Assembly: GCA_039794305.1 (NCBI GenBank)
Contig: JBDIVX010000003.1
Span: 48,606 to 112,605, forward strand
Reading direction: 5' to 3'
DNA length: 64,000 bases
DNA from: Polyangiales bacterium
Lineage (GTDB): Bacteria > Myxococcota_A > Polyangia > Polyangiales > JBDIVX01
Shown: piece by piece, positions 22,418 through 30,660 of the stretch
Position numbering within the stretch: position 1 is the first letter of the stretch
How the letters are laid out: each line of letters begins with the position of its first letter
Made by a program: the position numbers and the translations under genes
The notes under the pieces: model-generated
The model's database searches: none
Seen by the model: the letters and a program-made list of their open reading frames with translations, nothing else
Told to the model about the DNA's origin: nothing

Positions 22418-22578
22418 GACCTCTCCTCCGCTTGTCGACCCAGAGCGACGACGCGGCCCCCACTTCAAGAGCCGTGCCCAGTGCGCGGATCAGTCACAAA
22501 GCGGCGTGATTACGGGCAGATGGTGTCCGTGGCGGGGCGGGCGCGGGAGTGCGCACCGAGCGCACACCCGTTACGGCG

Positions 22579-23850
22579 CTAACGCCCGCGGCGGAGGCTC
22601 ACGGCCCGCGCGTGCGCCTCGAGGCCCTCGAGGCGGGCCAGGCGCTCGAGGAGGTCCGCTTGCCTGCCGATCGCGTCGCGGTCGTAGCGGATGATCGAGG
22701 TGCGGACGACGAAGTCGTAGACCCCGAGCGGCGAGCCGAAGCGGGCCGCGCCGCCGGTCGGCAGCACGTGGCTCGGCCCGGCCGCGTAGTCGCCGGCCGC
22801 CTCCGGCGTGCAGTCGCCGAGGAACGCGGCGCCCGCGGCGGTGATCGCGTCGAGCACGGCGTCCGGCTCGCGCACGGCGAGGGCCAGGTGCTCGGGCGCG
22901 AGCGCGTCGGCGACCCGCGCCGCCTCGTCGAGGTCGCCCGCCACGAAGCAGAAGCCGTTGTTCTCGACGGAGGCGCGGGCGATCTCCTCGCGCGGCAGCT
23001 CGGCGAGCTGGCGCTCGACCTCGCGCGCGACCGCGTCCGCGTGCGGCCGCGAGACCGTGACGAGCAGCGGGTAGGCGTCCTCGTCGTGCTCGGCCTGCGA
23101 GAGGAGGTCCGCCGCGACGACCGCCGGGTCGGCCCCGTCGTCCGCCACGACCAGAATCTCGCTCGGCCCGGCGATCTGGTCGATGTCGACGACGCCGAAC
23201 ACGAGGCGCTTGGCGCAGGCGACGTAGATGTTGCCGGGGCCCACGATCTTGTCGACCCGGCGCACCGACTCGGTGCCGTAGGCGAGCGCGCCGATGGCCT
23301 GAGCGCCCCCGACGTCGATCACCTCGGTGACGCCGCCGATCAGGGCCGCCGCCAGGATCTCCGGGGTCGGGCGGGGGGTGGCGAGGACGATCCGGCCGAC
23401 CCCGGCGACCGCCGCGGGCACGGCGGTCATCAGCACGGTCGACGGGTAGCGCGCCTTGCCGCCCGGGGCGTAGACGCCGGCGGCCCGCACCGGCCGCACG
23501 CGCTGGCCGAGCTCGATCCCGCCCTCCGTGTAGCGGAAGCCCGGGTCGAGCTGCCGCTCGTGGAACCGCCGGATGCGCGCGGCGGCCTCGGCGAGCGCCG
23601 CGCGGACCTCCTCGGGGGCCTCGTCGGCCTGCCGGCGCCACTCGGCGCCGTCGAGCCGGATGGCCTCGGGCCGCCGGCCCTCGAACCGCTCGGTCAGCTC
23701 GACGAGGGCCTCGTCGCCGCGGCTCCGCACCGCGGCGAGGATGTCGCGGACCTGGGGCTCGACCCGCTCGAGGTCGGCGTCGCCCCGGCGGGACAGCGCC
23801 CGAAGCGCGTCGTCGTAGCCCTGCGTGCCCCGCTCGTGGATCGTCAGCAT
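22579..23850 (-). CDS. hisD: histidinol dehydrogenase
   Basis: Full-length HisD-like sequence: [52 protein letters not shown] 23850 preferred; a GTG at 23868 is also possible. Confidence 0.95.
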   Translation of the reverse strand: MLTIHERGTQGYDDALRALSRRGDADLERVEPQVRDILAAVRSRGDEALVELTERFEGRRPEAIRLDGAEWRRQADEAPEEVRAALAEAAARIRRFHERQLDPGFRYTEGGIELGQRVRPVRAAGVYAPGGKARYPSTVLMTAVPAAVAGVGRIVLATPRPTPEILAAALIGGVTEVIDVGGAQAIGALAYGTESVRRVDKIVGPGNIYVACAKRLVFGVVDIDQIAGPSEILVVADDGADPAVVAADLLSQAEHDEDAYPLLVTVSRPHADAVAREVERQLAELPREEIARASVENNGFCFVAGDLDEAARVADALAPEHLALAVREPDAVLDAITAAGAAFLGDCTPEAAGDYAAGPSHVLPTGGAARFGSPLGVYDFVVRTSIIRYDRDAIGRQADLLERLARLEGLEAHARAVSLRRGR

Positions 23851-23897
23851 GACCCGGGTGCATACCACGCGGCCGCCGCCTATGCTCCCGGTGTCCG

Positions 23898-24110
23898 ATG
23901 GACCCCGAGACCCACCGACGCTTCCTCGACTACCTCGAGCTGCGGCGCTACTTCGCGCGCGACTCGGACCTCCCCAAGCTGGCCCCCGCCGAGTTCACCG
24001 AGCTCGACGTCGAGCTCGGCCGCCTCCTCGTGAAGGAGCGCGAGGGCGCCTCGGAGCCCGCGGACGTGCGCCGCATCGTCGAGCTGCGACGGGTCTTGTT
24101 CCGTGACTGA
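23898..24110 (+). CDS. small hypothetical protein (70 aa), overlaps the sirtuin gene start
   Basis: GC3-rich [48 protein letters not shown]... with an 8-nt overlap with the GTG start of the next gene. No motif recognised. Confidence 0.45.
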   Translation: MDPETHRRFLDYLELRRYFARDSDLPKLAPAEFTELDVELGRLLVKEREGASEPADVRRIVELRRVLFRD

Positions 24111-24882
24111 GCTCGACGCGCGAGAGATCGCAGCCGTCGCGCAGGTGCTGGCCGACGCGAAGAGCGCGCTCTTCGTGACGGGGGCGGGGATCAGCGCGGA
24201 CTCGGGCCTGCCCACCTACCGCGGCATCGGAGGGCTCTACGAGGACGCGGTCGTCGACGAGGGGATCCCGATCGAGGAGGCCCTGAGCGGATCCACCTTC
24301 GCGCGCGATCCGGCGCTGTGCTGGAAGTACATCCACCAGATCGAGCGCGCCTGCCGGGGCGCCCGCGAGAACCGCGCCCACCGGGTGATCGCGGAGCTCG
24401 AGCGGCACCTCGACCGCGTCTGCGTGCTCACGCAGAACGTCGACGGGCTCCACCGCCGCGCGGGCTCGCGGAACCTCATCGAGATCCACGGCAACGTGCA
24501 CGAGCTGCGCTGTCCCCGGTGTACCTGGACGCGTACCGTCGAGGACTTCTCCGAGCTCGACATCCCGCCCTCGTGCCCCGAGTGCGCCGCGGTCGTGCGG
24601 CCGGACGTCGTGCTCTTCGAGGAGATGCTGCCCGACCGCGCGGTCGAGCAGCTCCGCGACGAGCTCGGGCGGGGCTTCGACGTCGTGTTCTCCGTCGGGA
24701 CGAGCAGCCTGTTCCCCTACATCTCCCAGCCCGTGCTCATGGCCGCCATGCGAGGCATCCCGACCGTCGAGATCAACCCGTCGGAGACGGACGTCTCGCC
24801 GTTCGTCCGCCACCGCGTCCGCGCGCGGGCCGCCGCCGCGCTCGAGGCCATCTGGCAGGCGTTCTCGGCGCGTGGGGGCTGA
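24103..24882 (+). CDS. cobB: NAD-dependent protein deacylase, Sir2 family
   Basis: [29 protein letters not shown]...(Zn ribbon CPRC...CPEC), [14 protein letters not shown]. Confidence 0.9.
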   Translation: MTELDAREIAAVAQVLADAKSALFVTGAGISADSGLPTYRGIGGLYEDAVVDEGIPIEEALSGSTFARDPALCWKYIHQIERACRGARENRAHRVIAELERHLDRVCVLTQNVDGLHRRAGSRNLIEIHGNVHELRCPRCTWTRTVEDFSELDIPPSCPECAAVVRPDVVLFEEMLPDRAVEQLRDELGRGFDVVFSVGTSSLFPYISQPVLMAAMRGIPTVEINPSETDVSPFVRHRVRARAAAALEAIWQAFSARGG

Positions 24883-25040
24883 GGACGGGCCCGGCGCCGC
24901 GGAGCGCCGGCGGCTCCTCGAGTGGCCGGTGCCCGAGCCACGCGACCTCGCCGGAAGTCCGGTGAGGCTGCAAGAGCCGGGAGAATCCCTATCCGGGGGC
25001 GGTGCACACGGCGGGCACGCGGCGTGCAAGCGCGGCCCGC

Positions 25041-26531
25041 ATGCGCAGCACCAGTCTCGTCCTTGTCTTCGCACTGCTCGGCCTGGCGGCCGGGTGCAGC
25101 AACCGCCAGCACACCGGAGGGGGCTTCCCCGCCCCCGACGCGTCGACCGACGGCGTCGACGCGGGGCCGGGCGTCGAGGACGGGGGAGGTTCGTCCGACG
25201 CCGGCGCGGCGGACGCCGGCTCGATGTCCGACGCGGGCGCCGCGGACGCCGGCTCGGCCTCCGACGCGGGCGCCATGGACGCCGGCTCGACGTCCGACGC
25301 GGGGCCGCCGGATGCCGGGACCGTGGCCTGCCCGGGCGACGACCTCGGCGGCGCCCTCGGCGACTCGATCGCCACCGGCTCCACCGCGGGGGCGGCCGAC
25401 GCCGTCGCGCCGAGCTGCGGCTCCGGCGGCGGGCCCGACGCGACGTTCCTCTGGACCGCGCCGAGCGCCGGCACCTTCACGTTCGTCACCAACGGGTCGG
25501 GCTTCGACACCGTCCTCAGCATCCGGTCGGGCGACGGCTGCACCGGCGCCGAGCTCGCCTGCAACGACGACGGCGGAGAGGGGAGCCGGTCCCGCGCGTC
25601 GGCGACGCTCGCCTCGGGCGACGCCGTCGTGCTCGTCGTGGAGGGCTTCTCCGGCGCCACCGGCGACTTCGTCCTGAGCGCCTACGAGGGCGTGCCCGAC
25701 ACCGAGACCGCCTGCACGGACGGCGCGGACGACGACGTCGACGGAGACGTGGACTGCGACGACTACGACTGTGACTCCGACCCGGCCTGCACCGAGACCG
25801 CCTGCGCGGACGGCGCGGACGACGACGGCGACGGCTACACCGACTGCGACGACTCCGACTGCTACGGCGACCCGGCCTGCACCGAGACCGAGTGCACGAA
25901 CGGGGCGGACGACGACGGCGACGGCGACACCGACTGCGAGGACTACGACTGCGACTCCGACCCGGCCTGCATCGAGACCGACTGCGCGGACGGCGCGGAC
26001 GACGACGGCGACGGGGAGGTGGACTGCCTCGACTACGACTGCTACGGCGAAGCGGCGTGCGGCGAGGCGGGCATGTGCGACAGCGGCTCGGACGACGACG
26101 GCGACGGCCGGGCCGACTGCGCCGACAGCGAGTGCACCTGCGACGCCGCGTGCCTGGGCTCCGATCCCTGTCCGGGCTCGACCCTCGGCGGCGTCACGGG
26201 CACCGGCGTCGCGACCGGCAGCAACGTGGGCCTCTGCGGCTTCCGGACGGGGAGCTGCGGCGGCGACGGCGCCGAGATCACGTTCGAGTGGACCGCGCCG
26301 AGCGGCGGGACCTACACGTTCGACACGATCGGCACCACCTACGACACGGTGCTCTACGTCCTCGACGGCACCTGCGGCGGCACCGAGCTCGGGTGCAACG
26401 ACGACGGCACGAGCGGCCTCACGAGCGAGGTGACCGTGACCCTCACGGCCGGGCAGACGGTGATCGTGGTGGTCGACGCGTACGCCGAGTACGAAGCGGG
26501 CGCCGCAGTGCTGAACATCGCCGGTCCGTGA
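25041..26531 (+). CDS. lipoprotein with two PPC-like (pre-peptidase C-terminal-like) domains flanking five acidic Cys-rich 30-aa repeats
   Basis: Track ORF 25002..26531 trimmed to ATG 25041: MRSTSLVLVFALLGLAAGCSN. SDAGAxDAGS repeats, then ..FDTVLSIRSGDGCTGAELACNDD.., then 5x C-x-DGADDDGDG-x2-DC-x-D-x-DC-x2-DPAC, then ..YDTVLYVLDGTCGGTELGCNDD.. Confidence 0.85.
   Translation: MRSTSLVLVFALLGLAAGCSNRQHTGGGFPAPDASTDGVDAGPGVEDGGGSSDAGAADAGSMSDAGAADAGSASDAGAMDAGSTSDAGPPDAGTVACPGDDLGGALGDSIATGSTAGAADAVAPSCGSGGGPDATFLWTAPSAGTFTFVTNGSGFDTVLSIRSGDGCTGAELACNDDGGEGSRSRASATLASGDAVVLVVEGFSGATGDFVLSAYEGVPDTETACTDGADDDVDGDVDCDDYDCDSDPACTETACADGADDDGDGYTDCDDSDCYGDPACTETECTNGADDDGDGDTDCEDYDCDSDPACIETDCADGADDDGDGEVDCLDYDCYGEAACGEAGMCDSGSDDDGDGRADCADSECTCDAACLGSDPCPGSTLGGVTGTGVATGSNVGLCGFRTGSCGGDGAEITFEWTAPSGGTYTFDTIGTTYDTVLYVLDGTCGGTELGCNDDGTSGLTSEVTVTLTAGQTVIVVVDAYAEYEAGAAVLNIAGP
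25194..25319 (+). repeat. 33-bp coding tandem repeat (about 3.8 copies; SDAGAADAGSx)
   Basis: Unit starts at 25194, 25227, 25260 and 25293 (period exactly 33), inside the lipoprotein gene. Confidence 0.8.
25701..26153 (+). repeat. 90-bp coding tandem repeat x5 (30-aa acidic Cys-rich module)
   Basis: Units start at 25701, 25791, 25881, 25971 and 26061 (accgagaccgcctgc...cccggcctgc). The first three copies are highly similar at the DNA level. Confidence 0.85.
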
Positions 26532-27308
26532 TCAGCGGACCTGGACGACGAGCGCCGTGATGTTGTCGCTGCTGCCGGCGACGTAGGCCTCGGCGACGAG
26601 CGCATCGACGGCACGGTGTGACGGGTGCTCCGTCAGGATGGCGGCGATCTCGTCGTCCTCGACGGCGTCGGTGAGCCCGTCGCTGCACAGGAGGAAGACG
26701 TCGCCGCTCCTCACTTCGTGGGTCGCCACGTCGGGCTTCGAGCAACCCGGGGCGCCGACCGCGCGCGTGATGAGGTTCCTGTGAGCGACCGCCTGCGCCG
26801 AGACGACGCCCGCCTCGACGAGCTGCGCGTAGAGGGAGTGGTCGCGGGTCAGGCACTCGAGCCCGCCGGCGCGGAGGCGGTAGACGCGGCTGTCGCCCAC
26901 GTGGGCGACGACCGCGAAGCGGTCTCGGACCATCATGGCGGCGACGGTGGAGCCCATGGCCGCGAGCCGTCCGGTCCGGCGCTTCTCGATCTCGCGGCTC
27001 GCCTTGCGGACCGCCATCTCCATCATGTTCTCGGCGGGCGTGCGGCCGTCCACGGCCGTGCCCTCGAAGGCCTCGCGGTCGGCCGGGCCGCCGCGCCGGA
27101 AGAACTCCTCGAAAGTGTCCACGACGAGGTGGCTCGCGACCTCGCCGCCCTCGTAGCCCCCCATGCCGTCGGCCACGAGGAACAGGCCCAGATCGTGGTC
27201 CGCGAGGAAGGCGTCCTCGTTGTTGTCGCGACGCCCGACGTGTGTGCTTGCGAAGCCTCGGATCTCCACGCGGCCCTCCGTTGCTGGCGCTTTCCCACTG
27301 CGAACCAT
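26532..27308 (-). CDS. PP2C-family Ser/Thr protein phosphatase
   Basis: Track ORF 26532..28835 trimmed to ATG 27308: MVRSGK...THVGRRDNNEDAF...FLVADGMGG...AHVGDSRVY...LLCSDGLTD...SDNITALVV. Convergent with the previous gene with a 0-nt gap. Confidence 0.9.
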   Translation of the reverse strand: MVRSGKAPATEGRVEIRGFASTHVGRRDNNEDAFLADHDLGLFLVADGMGGYEGGEVASHLVVDTFEEFFRRGGPADREAFEGTAVDGRTPAENMMEMAVRKASREIEKRRTGRLAAMGSTVAAMMVRDRFAVVAHVGDSRVYRLRAGGLECLTRDHSLYAQLVEAGVVSAQAVAHRNLITRAVGAPGCSKPDVATHEVRSGDVFLLCSDGLTDAVEDDEIAAILTEHPSHRAVDALVAEAYVAGSSDNITALVVQVR

Positions 27309-27539
27309 GTGCCACGGGTATCGGCCGCTCGGCCCGCGAGTTTCCTCGTGAGCTCGCGCGGGCCGCCGGCCGAAGGCGGCCACTCGGCTAGCCAGGTGGG
27401 GACTGGAGTCCGGATACCCGACCCGCCGGTGCGCCCCTTGGCGCTCCCTGGCCGCCGGCACGGACGCAACCGCCGCGCGCTCGGGCCGATGACTGGGGCG
27501 CTGGCCGCGTCCGAGGCCGGTTCCTATACTCGAGGAGTC

Positions 27540-28163
27540 ATGAGCGATGCGGCTGCCGTCCTGCCGGAGGTCGACACGGGATCGGACCCGCGCGCCGATC
27601 AGCGCGTGGTCATCTACGGCGTCTCCTGGGAGCAGTACGAGGCCGTGCTCGGGATCTTCGAGGACCGGCCCGGCCTGCGGATCACCTACCTCGAAGGGGC
27701 GCTCGAGCTCATGACGCCGTCGAGGTCCCACGAGGTCCGCAAGAAGATGATCGGGCGCCTGCTCGAGGCCTGGGCCGTCGCGACGCGCACACCGCTTTTC
27801 GCGTACGGGTCGACGACGTTCCGCCGGCGCGCCATGGAGCGGGGCGCCGAGTTCGACGAGTGCTACACGCTCGAGCGCGCGCTCGAGGACGACTCGTCGG
27901 ACGTCCCGGACCTCGTGATCGAGGTCGCCTGGACGCGCGGCGGCCTCGACAAGCTCGCCGTGTATTCGGGCCTCGGCGTCCCCGAGCTCTGGCTCTGGCG
28001 ACGCGGACGCTTCACCGTGTACCGGCTGCGCGGATCGGCCTACGAGCCGGCGAAACGAAGCGAGCTCTTGCCCGCGCTCGATCTCGCGGCGCTCACCCGC
28101 CTCGTCGAACGGCCCGACCAGACCGAGGCGGTGATCGAATTCGTCGAGACGGTCGCGGGATAG
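27540..28163 (+). CDS. Uma2-family (DUF820) putative endonuclease
   Basis: In-frame ATG 27540 with gaggag RBS. ..YEAVLGIFEDRPGLRITYLEGALELMTPSRSHE...PDLVIEV.W.....DKLAVYSGLGVPELWLW.. is typical of Uma2 PD-(D/E)xK-like proteins (recollection). Confidence 0.8.
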   Translation: MSDAAAVLPEVDTGSDPRADQRVVIYGVSWEQYEAVLGIFEDRPGLRITYLEGALELMTPSRSHEVRKKMIGRLLEAWAVATRTPLFAYGSTTFRRRAMERGAEFDECYTLERALEDDSSDVPDLVIEVAWTRGGLDKLAVYSGLGVPELWLWRRGRFTVYRLRGSAYEPAKRSELLPALDLAALTRLVERPDQTEAVIEFVETVAG

Positions 28164-28183
28164 GTCGGTCCGCCGGTGCGCCG

Positions 28184-28810
28184 TCAGAGCCCGAAGAAGC
28201 GCAGGGTCTCGTCCGCGATGCGCCCCGTGGAGGCGGCGAGGCCGTGGTCGTCGTCGACCTCGAGCAAGCGGACGTGCGGTCGCTCCGCGGCGTAGCGGCG
28301 AGAGGTCTCGACGGGCACGACCTCGTCCCGCGTGCCGTGGATGATGAGGGTCTCGCAGCGCACCTCGGGGACCTCGGGCAGGTCCTTCGACTCGAGGTAG
28401 AAGCCGTAGTGCACCGGCACGAGCACGCCCCCGCCGTCGGCCATCGGGAGCGCGCCCACGCGCTCCCACTCGGCCATGCGATCCGCGCCCAAGAGCGCCG
28501 GCCAGCGCGACGCCAGCCGGAACCCGGGGCACAGGAGCACGAGCCGCTCGATCCGATCGGGGTGGAGCTCGGCCCAGCGCGCGGCGAGGTAGCCGCCGAA
28601 GCTCGACCCGACGAAGCACCACGTGCCGGCGCCCGCCATCCGGTCCACCTCTTCGAGCGCGGCCGCGGGGCTCAGGCGCGCGAAGCTCGGCCGGTTCAGG
28701 TCGGGGAGCTCGAGCCGCTCCCCCCGCTCGGCGAACGCCCGCGCGAGGTGCTGCCCCTTGCGGGAGAGCGGCCCGGAGGCGAAGCCGTGCAGGTAGGCGT
28801 AGCGCGGCAC
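28184..28810 (-). CDS. alpha/beta hydrolase, YqiA/YcfP-like esterase
   Basis: MPRYAYLHGFASGP...FVGSSFGGY (GxSxG nucleophile elbow)...IIHGTRDEVVP...DDDHGL. Confidence 0.75.
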   Translation of the reverse strand: MPRYAYLHGFASGPLSRKGQHLARAFAERGERLELPDLNRPSFARLSPAAALEEVDRMAGAGTWCFVGSSFGGYLAARWAELHPDRIERLVLLCPGFRLASRWPALLGADRMAEWERVGALPMADGGGVLVPVHYGFYLESKDLPEVPEVRCETLIIHGTRDEVVPVETSRRYAAERPHVRLLEVDDDHGLAASTGRIADETLRFFGL

Positions 28811-28895
28811 GCGCGGAGGCTAATTGGACGACCACGATTGCGCAACGGCGAGCGGCTGACGCTGGGCGCTTCTGCGGGTGACAGCGGACCGATCA

Positions 28896-29055
28896 GTCCG
28901 TCTTCCGGACAGAGGTCGGCCGAAACACGACCTTCGGGCGAGTGCAGTCCGTCTTCCGGACAGAGGTCGCCCGAAACACGACTTCCGGGTGAATGCGGTC
29001 CGTCTTCCGGACAGAGGTCGGCCGAAGAGCGAGCTTCGGGCCAGCGCGGTCCGTC
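28896..29055 (+). repeat. 51-bp intergenic tandem repeat, 3 full units plus partial flanks, each unit forming two hairpins
   Basis: Units start at 28896, 28947 and 28998, with a partial at 29049. The invariant half gtccgtcttccggacagaggtcg contains the hairpin gtccg/cggac. The variable half keeps a ccgaa..ttcgg-type stem with different loops (acacgacc vs agcgag). Confidence 0.85.
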
Positions 29056-29159
29056 GTGGGGGGACGCTCGATCCATCGTGCGCCGTGCGTGGCTCTGCCA
29101 ATTGGCGGCACGAGGGTTGGCACCGGCGGAGGGGCTGCGGTAAAGAGTGCCGCCTGCCC

Positions 29160-30653
29160 ATGCTTCGCCTCCACGACACGCTCAGCGGACAGAAGAAGCC
29201 CCTCGAGACGGCCGAGCCCGGCCACGCCCGCGTGTATGTCTGCGGCCCGACGGTCTACGACTACTCGCACCTCGGACACATCCGCTGCTACGTCGTCTAC
29301 GACGTGCTGGTGCGCCACCTCCGGGCGAGCGGCGTCAAGGTCACCTACGTCCGCAACATCACGGACATCGACGACAAGATCATCCACCGCGCCAAGGAGA
29401 CGGGCGAGGAGCCGACCGCGCTCGCCGAGCGGTTCCGCCGGGCCTACGCCGAGGACATGGCCGCGGTCGGGAACCTCGTGCCGGACGTCGAGCCCAAGGT
29501 GAGCGATCACCTCGGGGAGATCGAGGAGCTCATCGAGCGGCTCATCGACAAGGGCGCGGCGTACCCGGCCGACGGCGACGTGTACTTCAGCGTCGAGTCG
29601 TTCCCGGAGTACGGCAAGCTCTCGCACCGCAAGCTCGAGGACATGGAGCTCGGGGCGAGCGGTCGGACCAAGGACGAGGAGAAGGCCCGAAAGCGGCACC
29701 CGGCCGACTTCGCGCTGTGGAAGAGCGCGCCCCCGGGCGAGAAGGCGTGGCCGAGCCGTTGGGGCGACGGCCGGCCGGGCTGGCACATCGAGTGCTCTGC
29801 CATGAGCATGAAGTACCTCGGCGAGTCCTTCGACCTGCACGGCGGCGGGCTCGATCTGGTGTTCCCGCACCACGAGAACGAGATCGCCCAGAGCGAGTCG
29901 GCCACGGGCAAGCCCTTCGTGCGGCTGTGGATGCACAACGGCTTCGTCGAGGTGAACAAGGAGAAGATGTCGAAGAGCCTCGGCAACTTCTTCACCGCGC
30001 GCGAGCTCTTCAAGCGGGTGGAGCCCGAGGCGGTGCGCTACTTCATGCTGACGCGCCACTACCGGGGCCCGCTGAACCTCGACTGGACCATCGACGACGA
30101 GGGGAACGTCACCGGGTTCCCGCAGTTCGAGGAGGCCGAGCGCCGCGTCGAGTACCTCTACGACACCATCGAGCGCCTCGGCGCCATCGGCGAGAGCCGC
30201 ATCGTCGACCGAGACGAGCAGCCGCCGACCGAGCTCCTCGGCGTGCGCGACGGGCTCCGTGAGGCGCTCGACGACGACCTCAACATGCCGGTCGCCCTGA
30301 GCGTGGTCGCCGACTTCCTGAAGGCGGTGAACGAGCTCGCGGAGAAGGCCAAGGGCAAGAAGGGCAAGGTCACCCGGCGCGCCGTGGACGCCGCGAAAGA
30401 CGGCCTCGGGGCCATCGAGGAGGTCCTCGGGCTCGGGGCGCAGGACCCGGCGGCCGTGCTGCTTCGCATCCGTGACCGGCGCGCCGGCGCCCGCGGCATC
30501 GACGCGGACGAGGTCGAGGCCAAGATCGCCGAGCGCGCCGCCGCGCGGCAGGCCAAGGACTTCGCCCGCGCCGACGCCCTGCGCGACGAGCTCGTGGCGA
30601 AGGGCGTCGAGCTGCTCGACTCGCCGGCCGGGACGACCTGGCGCGTGGGCTGA
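29160..30653 (+). CDS. cysS: cysteine--tRNA ligase
   Basis: Track ORF 28878..30653 trimmed to ATG 29160 (MLRLHDTLSGQKKPLE...VYVCGPTVYDYSHLGH (HIGH), WGDGRPGWHIECS, KMSKS). Confidence 0.95.
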   Translation: MLRLHDTLSGQKKPLETAEPGHARVYVCGPTVYDYSHLGHIRCYVVYDVLVRHLRASGVKVTYVRNITDIDDKIIHRAKETGEEPTALAERFRRAYAEDMAAVGNLVPDVEPKVSDHLGEIEELIERLIDKGAAYPADGDVYFSVESFPEYGKLSHRKLEDMELGASGRTKDEEKARKRHPADFALWKSAPPGEKAWPSRWGDGRPGWHIECSAMSMKYLGESFDLHGGGLDLVFPHHENEIAQSESATGKPFVRLWMHNGFVEVNKEKMSKSLGNFFTARELFKRVEPEAVRYFMLTRHYRGPLNLDWTIDDEGNVTGFPQFEEAERRVEYLYDTIERLGAIGESRIVDRDEQPPTELLGVRDGLREALDDDLNMPVALSVVADFLKAVNELAEKAKGKKGKVTRRAVDAAKDGLGAIEEVLGLGAQDPAAVLLRIRDRRAGARGIDADEVEAKIAERAAARQAKDFARADALRDELVAKGVELLDSPAGTTWRVG

Positions 30654-30660
30654 GGGCTGC

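Noticed and set aside
27299-27315. Minus-strand sigma-54-type match TGGCACatggtTCGCA with correct GG-N10-GC spacing.
   Set aside because: It overlaps the ATG of the PP2C gene itself (gtggcacATGgttcgca), so a transcript started here would lack the start codon. Most likely a chance match.
28878-29159. N-terminal extension of CysRS through the 51-bp repeats (17-aa repeat SAVRLPDRGRPKHDLRA).
   Set aside because: The conserved CysRS N-terminus (MLRLHDTLSG..) starts at 29160. The repeat halves form conserved hairpins with variable loops and are also stop-free on other frames and strands. This favours a non-coding structured repeat, though it is not excluded without proteomics.
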